Positions 26,913 to 37,061 of a stretch of 63,690 nucleotides of DNA are shown here, piece after piece. The translations under genes and the position numbers were made by a program. Source of the stretch: Vermamoeba vermiformis (taxonomy: Eukaryota); the NCBI GenBank assembly GCA_045837725.1, contig JBEWZL010000145.1, forward strand, positions 496,001 to 559,690, in the 5' to 3' direction. Every line of letters begins with the position of its first letter. Position 1 is the stretch's first letter. The notes below the pieces were generated by a model. The model was not told the origin of the DNA. It saw only the letters and a list, made by a program, of their open reading frames with translations, and did not search any database.

Positions 26913-28026
26913 ATGAACGATTCAATTAGTGGACTTCTTGGAGAGTTTTTCGGCTCGTACCTCCTCACTTTTGTAATTGGAATTAACGCATCTTTCAACG
27001 GCGATCCGGCTATTTCCATTGGCTTTTTCCTCGCGGCGCTTGTATTTTCTGGAGGTAATTATAATCTGAAATAACTTTTTTTGGCGAATTTATAACTGAG
27101 CAGCCAAGATTTTTTTTTTTACCGCTATCAATACAGATCTCGCTGCTTTCGAGACAAAAAAATGCCCTAAATGACTTAAATATATTGTCCTTCGGTTATT
27201 TTGTGCTATTAGAACAAAATATCATCAAGTAAATTCGATCGGTTTGAACTAACGAGTTTACTTTGCTAGGTTACATTTCTGGAGCGCATTTCAACCCAGT
27301 AGTTAGTTTGGCGATGTGGTTAAGAAAGAAAATGAGCTTTCAAAATGTAGTGATGTACACTATTATGCAGATTCTCGGTTGCTTTTGCGCAGCACTCGTA
27401 AGTAGTTCTCATCAGTGAAGCTTGTGCGGCTTATTAATTACACTCAATAGACTGTATATTTTATGTTTGACGTTACTTGGGCATTCCCAGGACCCAAGAC
27501 CCCCGCCTTGTTCACACCCGGGCGAGCTGTGACTTGCGAGATACTGTTCACGTTGGTGCTCGTGCACAGTGCACTCCACACTGGTACTAAGCAAGGTAAT
27601 CATAGAAATAGTGCTGGCAAGGACTTGTCTTCACTCGGTACTAACACCATCTACGCGACCGTACAGACAACAACCAATTTTTCGGTCTGGCTATCGGCTT
27701 TTCTCTTGTAAGCGCTATCTATACCATCGGACCCATCTCAGGTGCTGGACTCAACCCGGCAGTATGCGGCGGTAAGAGAAGGAGATTTTCTTGAAGTGAA
27801 ATTGAATTTTCAAAAATTAATTTTAATTTTCGCAAATTGAATAGGTTTTGCTATTGTGCAAGCATTCTTCGGTGCCACAGGCTCTAATGACCATAACGCC
27901 GGCAATATTTGGATTTACGTACTTGGTCCATACGCTGGCTCGCTACTGGGTGTTGCATTCTATTACCTCCTGCACCGATCTGAGTTCCGCCGAAAAAATT
28001 ACGAGTTGGTGGATACTATTCAGTAA
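26913..28026 (+). CDS. Aquaporin / MIP family channel
   Basis: LLGEFFGSYLL; ISGAHFNPVVSLAMW; CEILFTLVLV; SGAGLNPAV; WIYVLGPYAGS. Confidence 0.92.
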
Positions 28027-28337
28027 AATAAACCATAATAACCCGTGCTGCGCGTTTGGGCCTGATCACGTGCCTGGCTAGGAATAATCACTTAGTTTCA
28101 GATTGGCTCCCAGATCTTTTGGGAGGCGGAGGCTTTTCAGTGAAGGAGCAAACATAAAAAGCTGAAACTTCTCGTTTATTTTTTCATCTTGTTCGTCAGT
28201 AAGAAGCGTCACATCGCTTCATCGTCTATACCCACAACAGCGCATCTGTTTACCCCCCCTAGTTTTTTCTCTCTCTTTGTCAACACGGAAGTCCTTCATT
28301 TCAATTTTAGCTGATCATCTGTTTACAATATTTCAAA

Positions 28338-29201
28338 ATGGAGTACGCTAGTTATTTTCAATACCAAGGTTCAGACAATCCCTTTTCCTTCGAGCGAGCT
28401 GCAGCGGATGCCCGAGCTTCGGAACCGTCTGACTCATCGATGGACTTCGTTTCTGCCTGTAATCCGAGAAAGCGCGATCGAGCCGCATTCGAGTCTGATG
28501 ATAGTGCGCGTGGCCTAGGCTTAACGGACCCGTCCGAGTCTTCAAAAAGGCAACGTTTTGGCAACTACTCAGTCACCGAAGTCGATCAAGTCTTTGAGCG
28601 CGTCATTTTGTGGTTAGCTGCGAATTCCGATCGTCTCCCGAGAACGTTGGTGGAGCTAGAGCAAGCGATCCAGTTCATTAACAGTTTCAAGGCAAGCGTC
28701 GATCCGGAGTGCGTCTTCTATCACTTGGTCCTCAATGACTTTCTGCGAGTAACGGACATTGTCAACAGTCGCGACAGTAGCAGCAGTAACGAATCGTTTT
28801 GTTCAACTATGCAAGTCAACCTCAATCCTTATCCGGCCAACTTCGAGGGCTCGTTCTTGATAGTCTTACCGAACGCTGGTCCGCTCCCAAACTCACTTTC
28901 AGGTAGCTCTAGGGTTTCTCAGGATTTCCTCACCGCCCTCAACAAGGCTGTGAGGTGGCTACGCAGCAGCCTACAGCTTCCCACGACAAAGCAAGGTTTC
29001 ACGACAGCTCTCAGCAAGGTCTGCATTTCCAAGCCTATCCATTGCCCTGCATCACTGATCATCGAACGTCTCATTCAGAGAGATATCGTCCGCGTAAGCT
29101 ACGGCGGCGTACTCGAGTTCAGCACTGCTTCTCGAGCTAATGGCCAGCATGTTCCTGTTCTTCAAGCGCCAACCTTCTACACGGCAGCTCCGGTCTACTA
29201 A
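28338..29201 (+). CDS. Hypothetical single-exon protein with NLS-like motifs and an internally duplicated domain
   Basis: 287-aa ORF with AAAATGG start context; RKRDR and KRQR motifs. Confidence 0.75.
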   Translation: MEYASYFQYQGSDNPFSFERAAADARASEPSDSSMDFVSACNPRKRDRAAFESDDSARGLGLTDPSESSKRQRFGNYSVTEVDQVFERVILWLAANSDRLPRTLVELEQAIQFINSFKASVDPECVFYHLVLNDFLRVTDIVNSRDSSSSNESFCSTMQVNLNPYPANFEGSFLIVLPNAGPLPNSLSGSSRVSQDFLTALNKAVRWLRSSLQLPTTKQGFTTALSKVCISKPIHCPASLIIERLIQRDIVRVSYGGVLEFSTASRANGQHVPVLQAPTFYTAAPVY

Positions 29202-29466
29202 TCATCAACATCACTTCAAGACAACGACAAACAGAAAACAAACAAAGATAGTTCAATTATGCTCCAAGATAAGTACAAGAGTTCCTCGAAGTTCAGCCCC
29301 GTAACAATGTGTCAAGTCAAAAAGTAAGAAGAAAACTCATTACAATCACCAATACTGAACATCGTTCACGACAGATACAACGTAGTTCAATAGCCCGATG
29401 GTTCAACAAAGCAAAGTCACAAGACGATACAACCCGAGACTCAAACCGGATGATTCCCGATTGCTC

Positions 29467-29735
29467 TTTTAGGACTGCGCGTTTGCGTGTCTTACTAAGT
29501 AGCGTAGGGTTCGCCTCACTTGGCTAGTAGCGATTTAGGACTGCGCGTTTTGGGTTTGTTTGTAGCGTTGTGGGACTGCGCGTTGTGGGTTTAGTAGCGA
29601 TTTAGGACTGCGCGTTTTGGGTTTGTTTGTAGCGTTGTGGGACTGCGCGTTGTGGGTTTTGTAGCGATTTAGGACTGCGCGTGTTGGTTAGTAGCGTTGT
29701 GGGACTGCGCGTTTTTTAGGACTGCGCGTTTTTGG
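29467..29735. repeat. Imperfect tandem repeat built on GGACTGCGCG(TT), about 8 copies, with a higher-order unit of about 67 bp
   Basis: Repeating gtagcgatttaggactgcgcgttttgggtttgtttgtagcgttgtgggactgcgcgttgtgggttt. Confidence 0.9.
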
Positions 29736-30218
29736 GCCTTCCTCTTGCCGTTTTGGAACTTTCAATGTCAGTACTTCAACCTCGTTGGACTACACCGCTG
29801 AAGCATCATCTCGACAAGCCGGAGCCAATCGACAGTTCTCATCATCGCCCTTGGTCCCCGTGGTCGGCCGACCACACCATTTTTTTCTTAATGTCACGGC
29901 GTGTTTGATTCAGCAGTGCCACGAGCCGTTGAAACCAAACACGTTGTGCTATTAAGAGATTACGTCGACGGTCAATAAGTATAATTGTATTGGTTTTGAG
30001 GTCAAATAAATTTGTATTTTATGTAAATGGAGTTCGCGCACCATCTTCGCAGTGAAGAATTGTCGTTGTTCTTTGCACTAAATTTGGAAAGAGAACCCAA
30101 AATTTTACCGTTTTTTTCCAAGCTCATTTTAATTTAACTTAGCAATCGCACCAGAAACACAACAAACGCATATATTATTTATAAATGATATATTTCTAGA
30201 CAGTAGAACTCATTAGAA

Positions 30219-33157
30219 ATGGAAATGGAACAAACTTTTTGGTCAAAAGAGGACGATTCAGCACAGATGTTCCACGAGCTGGAGCGCTGGGTAGATGAAG
30301 AAGACTTGTCATCTTCCGCCGAAGCAATTGCCGTATCACCTAAAAACGATATTGACGTGAAAGAGAGCTCTGCGATTGATTCGGATGAGCAAATCGAATC
30401 TTATGTAAATTTACAAGACGTGGATCCCACTGTCCCTTTCTACGAATATACCCACAGTACTCCAGATGCAATTATACTCAATTGTGAAGTGTGCAAGCGA
30501 TTTTGTATTGGTAAGAGAAGGATACTGAATCGAAATTTAATTACTTTTGCAGATTTGATTTTAGTTGATTGAATTAATTCTTGATTGAATGTCTATCGAT
30601 CGCGAAAATAACAAATAACCAATATTATCTCATAGCTCAAGTACACCTACCCGACCTTGCATTGCGTCCAGGCCCAGGAGATAGGAGTTTCACTTTTCGA
30701 TGCGCTAAATGCAACGGAGGAAAACAATCTTTCAAACACAACGAAAAAACATGGTAAGGATAAAAAAATGATCGAGATCGATAGCCTACAAGGCTCGATA
30801 TTTTTAAGTAATTATTTTAAATATTTAAAAAGCGCGCGCAGCGAAAGAATGCAACGGTAACTTGTTGTCTTAGTTTCCCGCGTAAATGGTCATATCGCGG
30901 CTTTTATTTGACAGACTTCCATTTTAGGCTTGACATTGCACTTACGGCTCTATATAATTTGGAAATCAAGCACTCTAGAAGGTTTTTCCACGTAAAGAAA
31001 GAGGTCTGCAAGTTCGTAGATCAACACTGGAACGAGTTATGCCTTGGAAGGACGAGTATGTAAAAACTACGCCCGTCTTCATCACCCTCCCCCCTTCTAC
31101 TACAAAGGTTTTAATTGGTATTTTTTTTATTCAACTAGGAACTGCAACCTGGTGGGCAACTTTGAATGCGCAGATCACCACCCGAACCGATATTTTTGAG
31201 ACCGAGTCTCACGGTTCTGGCAAATGGGCGCTCCGTTACTCTAACCTCACTTGCACCGGCGGCGGCGAAACTAGGACTTCTTCAGTTTTGCTCAAACCCG
31301 AGAAACGCCAAAGATCGAGATCAAAATCCGACCTCGAAGATCGTGTGCAGAACTCCGAAGAGGAGAGCCTGAACGATAGCGAAGAAGACGATATGGTCGA
31401 CGACGAGTTCTCTCGTAAGGAGCGAATCATTGATAAGCGAATGTTCCAAGGCAGGCTTCAGTACTTGCTGCGCACCGAAGATGGCGATGAGATGTGGGAA
31501 GATGCTTCTACAAGCAAGACCGAGCTTATTCGTGAATACGAGGTAAGTCGAAGTTGTGTTTTATTACCAGCTAGTACCTAAAAAGCTCACTCTTGTCATT
31601 TCAGGAAGGGATCAAGCGAGCTGCCCGCAACATTGTGAAGAAAAACAGGCAGCGCCGTCAAAAGTCCTACATGTTCTTGTGGTGCCATCAATGCAAGCAG
31701 AAGCATGACGACGTTGTTTACTGCTCTCGATATTTTAAAGGCAGCTGCAGCAAGAAGTATTGCCTCGGCTGCATCCAGCGACACTACGGTGAAGACATCA
31801 ACGATGACAACAAAGACTCATGGATTTGCCTCTACTGTCGCAATATGTGCAGCTGTGCATTTTGCCGTCGTAGGCGCGGTGACGAGACAGCTCCTACAGA
31901 GTTCGGTGTCAGTGCTGCCCCGCGCAAGTCCCAAAAGCGCAAGCACCACGAAATTGACGAGATAAAGGTAAGAGGGTTTTAAGAATAGATCCTCGAAATA
32001 TCGGTTTCTGACAATTCTAATTTCAGGTAACCGCAAACCAAATCGAAACTATCCTTGCTAGAATTGATCATGGAGACACTGCCGAATATTTGGTGAAGCT
32101 CAAGGATGGCATGGGATCTTGTTGGACAAAAGAGAAAGAGGTGGCCAAAAGTGGTGCCCTACTCGAGCAATTCGATCAAGGATTGAAGATCAGTGTGCCT
32201 GGTTCGGTTATCAACTCTATTCAGTCTACCGGTTCGTCTCCTCAAAAGAGACGTCGCTTGAGCAGTCTCAGGTCCTCCTCTGAAGTTGAACGTCACGACG
32301 TTTCTCTCGAAGAGATAGTCTTACCTCCGAAGGATAAGATCGACATCCCCACGTGGCGTGATGTCTCGGACTACGACGCCTTACTACCAGATCTTGGTTT
32401 GGGTCTCGACGAAGAGAGTGTGGAGGACGATTCTGATGAAGTCTATGCCAACCGCCACGCAAAGTACGAAGAAGAGGAGCAAACGCGATACCGCGAATTC
32501 CTGCGTGCTCAACGGCTAATGAAGGCATCCAGCAAACATCGAAAGCAACACGGTGACACCAAAGTGACATTAAGTGATCTCTTGGCCAGTGGTCTAGTTG
32601 GTGAAGGTGAAGAACTGACATTCCGAGACCAAGTTGATGGCGATACTGCCAAGTTAACAGCGGCTGGCACTATCGAGTGGCGTGGTAGGACCTTCACTAG
32701 CTTGTCGACTTTAGCAAAAACCATGGCCCATGAATGCGGGTACGGCAACTCTGGAACTCTGTTTAACGGTTGGCTGTTCATCTACGCTCGCGGCAAGCCA
32801 ATGGAGCACTATCGTGATCAGTGCCGCAATCAACTGCTTGACGTTACATTTGTGGTAACTGGTGATTTGCCCAACGACGAGCTCGACACGAGCTTGGCTA
32901 GCTTAAAGTCCGAATCGAGTCTACCTCCTGCTGCACTTCAATCAAGCCAAGATATAGAGGATCTCGCTTCACACGACAATGCGGCCTTTTCCGTCACTGC
33001 TACATCGAGTGTTGCCCCTGCTCTTAATGCCTCGTACATCATTCACGATAATAGGTCGATTTTAAGCGACGACTCCTTCTCGAGGCTTGACGCTATAGAT
33101 AACTTCACACTCGAGACTTGGATTGAGGGAATGGACAAGGCTACAACCAACGTCTAA
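30219..33157 (+). CDS. Multidomain chromatin protein: PCL/ASH2L-like PHD-winged helix, chromo-like, zf-4CXXC, PEHE and RAMA domains
   Basis: GDRSFTFRCAKCNGG...TW/LDIALTALYNL..FVDQHWNEL; RIIDKRMFQGRLQYLL..MWE; CHQCKQ..C..KKYCLGC..WICLYCRNMCSCAFCRR; IPTWR..DSDEVYANRHAKYEEEE; TLSDLLASGL..GRTFTSLS..NGW. Confidence 0.8.
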
Positions 33158-33406
33158 CCGCGATCTGAATCCTAATGTACATAGGTTTTTTGTTTATAGA
33201 TATGTAAGATAATGGCGTTTTCCTTGCTTTTGGCTTATCAAAAGTAAGCTTGTACACTATTTTGTTTGATAGGTGATAAATAGACTGATACGAATCATTC
33301 GTCCTAAATTGCGCAAAAAAAATCCCCACAAATTTCACGCCCTACAAAGCCGCCGAGTAACTTAGCATTTATCCGTGCAGTAAAACTAAAGAACATTAAA
33401 GTTGAA

Positions 33407-34516
33407 ATGTCCACTCTCACAGCATCACTGCGCGACTTCGTAACGAAGGATAATTCTTTGGGTTTGTTGAAATGGTAATTAATAATAAGGCTTATAACGT
33501 TCTTTCGTACCTAACTAATTAAGGCCCTTGCTTGCTTTGTCTGGCCTTGGTCTCATTTCTGTCGCATCTGGAATACGGCGCGCATACAATTATTTGAGGG
33601 TGAAGGACTCTGGTCTCGACGCTTATGCTGCACTCAACACAACTCCTGAGCCATTTTATCTGAAGGAACTATTTGACGTGACTTTGGTAATTCAAAAATC
33701 TTAATCTAATTGAAAATTAAATTAATCATGATTATCGATAGAAAAAAACAAGCACACCAATGATGATAACAGGTGTTGTAGAGGGCAGATTTCTCGAATT
33801 TTTGGTCTTTTGGGGAAAGCCTAAAAAGATTCTTGAGATCGGGTGCTTTACAGGTTAGTAGAGCCAACAATTGAAGCTTTAGCAAATTATTCATTATTTT
33901 AAAAACAGGGTATAGCTCATTATGGATGGCGGAACAGCTTCCTGAAGATGGGAAGATAATTACTTTAGATTTGGATCCAAAAGTCACCGCCATCGCAAAA
34001 GAGCATTTCCTGAAGAGCCCCCACGGAGGAAAAATTGAGCACCGCTTAGGCGATGCGCGTCAAGCGTAAGTGATCCTAAACCATACTAAGCACTAATTGT
34101 TATGACAGAGTCACCTCTCTGGACGAGAAATTTGACCTGATCTTTATCGGTACGTAACGTTTCATATCTTTTGAGCTTGTTGCTGACTGGTTTTTCGTTA
34201 AAAGACGCTGATAAGGGAGGCTACGTTCATTACTATCAAATGATTATGTCTCGCGGCTTATTGGCTGAGAACGGCATCATAGTCGTTGATAATACCTTTT
34301 TTATGGGAGGCGCCGCTAATCCTATTCTCAATCGAGTTGGTTCCTTTAAAGAAATTAACGAGTTCAACAAGGTAAGAAAGGCCAGGACTTTATGGCCAAG
34401 GACTTTTGACTAACCTAGCCCATTAGCTTATCCGATCGGATCCTCGAGTTGTTAGTGTTCAATTAAGCATTCGTGATGGAGTGACACTAATTCGACACGC
34501 AAAAAAGACCGAATAA
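33407..34516 (+). CDS. Class I SAM-dependent O-methyltransferase (caffeoyl-CoA OMT / COMTD1-like)
   Basis: PKKILEIGCFT/GYSSLWMA..LPEDGKIITLD; FDLIFI/DADKGGY; IIVVDNT; RDGVTLI. Confidence 0.9.
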
Positions 34517-34769
34517 TTCATTGTTCTTGCTGCATTTCAATAAACAACACGACTCATTGTCATGTAGAGGCACTTTATTGCATTTACTTATTTGGCTTGT
34601 TTGCAAGGTAAATAAATATTCCAAGCCCATCTTAACAACCAGATCTAGTCGGGATTTTTTCGTTAAAATTAATAGAAAAAATATCTGGAATTGATTAATT
34701 GTTTACCCAATCTTTACTTACTATTTCCTCACGTAGACCGAGTTTTAAAAATTGTTTAATGCTGTTTTG

Positions 34770-37022
34770 ATGGATCAGCGTGTCAACAAAAGCCACGTTG
34801 CTGCAACATGTACGCGAAGTGTATCAGTAATAGGAAGCAACAATTGTCCGAAGGCTCTTTTCGACTATTGTCTGCGCGAGGGCAATCTGGCACAAAGCCC
34901 TCCGTTTGTTCCTGCCGACGAGCTTTACCTTGACACTCGAGCAATTCACTATAATCACCACGACGAACACTATTTAATCCACCTGATCAATACACCGGGT
35001 CACCCAGAGTTTATAGGCGAAGTGTCTGCAGCTCTTCGAATTACAGATGGCGCAATTGTTGTGGTTGATTGTACTATTGGAATAGCGCTGCACACGATTA
35101 ATCTAGTACGCCGAGCAGTCGAAGAGCATGTGCGAGTGGTTCTATTGTTCGACAAGGTGGAGTCCTTACTTACCTTGCCACCCGAAGAAGCTGCGTCTGT
35201 GTTGGACTTGTTTTTATGGAAACTCAATTCTAGAGTGCCCTTAGTACACAACGAATTTGGATTGAACAACGACAATGTACTTTTTGGATCATTGGAGCAT
35301 GGTTGGGTGGTATCTCCCGAGCAGTTGTTGCGAGCATTCAGTGCCTCATCCCCAGCACCGAGTAATTCAGCGGAATCGAAGGCACTTTTACGCAGTCTTT
35401 ACGAACTATTTGGACACGCAGGATCGAAAGATTTATCCGTCAATCGACCGTCAAATGTCATCACGGACGGTAATAACGAAGACAATGTTGAACGGTTCCA
35501 TCTTGCACTGCGCAAACTATGCGGTAATGAGGCTTTGTACGAGATGATAGTCAAACGCCTACCGAGTGCTACAGAGGCTCAGAAGTATCGCGCGGCTTAT
35601 TGGTACTCTGGGCATCGCAATGATAAAGTGCTAACAGCAATAACGGAATGCGATTCAAACGGCCCGACTATGATCTATATCAGCAAGATTGTGTGGGGCA
35701 AGATCAACTCATCATCCGAGCTGATTCCACTCGCAGTCGGAAGAATATTCTCCGGCTCAATCCGACCTAATCAGTCTTTGTATAAAATTCGCTCTGGCCA
35801 GATCGACGATCCTTCAGCAATTGTGATAGACAAGCTTTACAAATTTACCGACACAGTTGAAGAACTTGAAGAGTGTTTGAGCGGAAACGTTGTTTTGATT
35901 ACGGGCGTTGCAGAGCTCGTGGACAAAACGGCAACATTTTCTTCACTACCTACAGCAAGCGCATTTAATGCACAACACACCCGATACACAGCGGTTGTCG
36001 AGTACGAAGTGTCCAGCGCGTCACCAACTGACCCTGCAGCAGTGGGACTAAAGTTGCTGGTGAAGTGCGATATTGCAGTGGCAGTTAACTGGCGTGACGG
36101 GTACGGAAGCTGCATTTGTGCTGTTGGCCCGAAGCACGCAGAAGTACTTCTGAAGCGGTACAAAGCATTCGCCAAGGTCGATCCAGTTATAAATGGACCA
36201 TATTACAGATATAGAGAGAGTATAACAGCACCATCGTCAGTTTCGTGTCTGTCAAAGTCACCCAACAAACTTAACCGCGTTTGGGCTCGAGCGCGTCCAA
36301 TGGACTCAACCCTGAAGCAGATACTTTCAAGTCAGAACGTGCCATTCAATGACGCGCAAAAGAATATTGAAGTTTTGAATGACGAGTACTTGTTCATAGA
36401 AGAAAACAACGTGTCAGTGGTCGAGACTAACATGATAGTCATTGACGAGACCCTCATGAAGCGTTTTTCTCATCAAGGCGCTATCGATTGGCTCGACTCG
36501 CTTCGCATTGGTGGTCTGTTCACACTGAAAGGAGGAGTTCTATGCGAAGAACCATTGATTGGCGCTCAGTTCACGCTGGAGGATGCTGTTATAGCCGAAG
36601 ACACCCGAAGAAGGGGAGGCGGCCAGCTAATTCCAATGTTCAGGCGATCATTCCTTGCAGCGCAGCTAACAGCCAAACCAGTGCTGTTAGAGGCCATTCT
36701 CTTGACGGAGATCCACGTGCCTTTTATGAATGTGAATAGCGTATATAATGAGCTTCTGAGGAAAAGAGCTGTGGTCTTAATAGAAAGTGAACACCTCGAG
36801 CATAGCAATATGACTGTAATACGATGCTACGTCCCGGTCGTGGAAAGTCTTGAACTTCACGAGCCAGCAGTTTCAACGAGTTTTTTCAGCCACTGGGAAC
36901 AAGTACCCGGTGATCCGTTGGAAGAAGGAAGCTTCGCTAATTCAGTCACGCGAAGCATTAGAAAAATTAAGGCCTTGCGGGAGTCAATTCCAGAACTTGA
37001 TACTTATCTTGACAAGCTGTAA
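34770..37022 (+). CDS. Divergent intronless elongation factor 2 (eEF2)-like paralog with degenerate G-domain
   Basis: LINTPGHPEFIGEVSAALRITDGAIVVVD; LPSATEAQKYRA; GRIFSG; YRESI..SKSPNKLNR; LCEEP; RGGGQLIP; HWEQVPGDP; ends YLDKL as in eEF2. Confidence 0.9.
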   Translation: MDQRVNKSHVAATCTRSVSVIGSNNCPKALFDYCLREGNLAQSPPFVPADELYLDTRAIHYNHHDEHYLIHLINTPGHPEFIGEVSAALRITDGAIVVVDCTIGIALHTINLVRRAVEEHVRVVLLFDKVESLLTLPPEEAASVLDLFLWKLNSRVPLVHNEFGLNNDNVLFGSLEHGWVVSPEQLLRAFSASSPAPSNSAESKALLRSLYELFGHAGSKDLSVNRPSNVITDGNNEDNVERFHLALRKLCGNEALYEMIVKRLPSATEAQKYRAAYWYSGHRNDKVLTAITECDSNGPTMIYISKIVWGKINSSSELIPLAVGRIFSGSIRPNQSLYKIRSGQIDDPSAIVIDKLYKFTDTVEELEECLSGNVVLITGVAELVDKTATFSSLPTASAFNAQHTRYTAVVEYEVSSASPTDPAAVGLKLLVKCDIAVAVNWRDGYGSCICAVGPKHAEVLLKRYKAFAKVDPVINGPYYRYRESITAPSSVSCLSKSPNKLNRVWARARPMDSTLKQILSSQNVPFNDAQKNIEVLNDEYLFIEENNVSVVETNMIVIDETLMKRFSHQGAIDWLDSLRIGGLFTLKGGVLCEEPLIGAQFTLEDAVIAEDTRRRGGGQLIPMFRRSFLAAQLTAKPVLLEAILLTEIHVPFMNVNSVYNELLRKRAVVLIESEHLEHSNMTVIRCYVPVVESLELHEPAVSTSFFSHWEQVPGDPLEEGSFANSVTRSIRKIKALRESIPELDTYLDKL

Positions 37023-37061
37023 ATTCGGAATAAATTTCTGTTTTTATTGTTGCCGATATTT

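Noticed and set aside
29530-29660. Telomeric repeat (tttagg / tttggg)
   Set aside because: The hexamers are isolated parts of a longer unit, not a tandem telomere tract.
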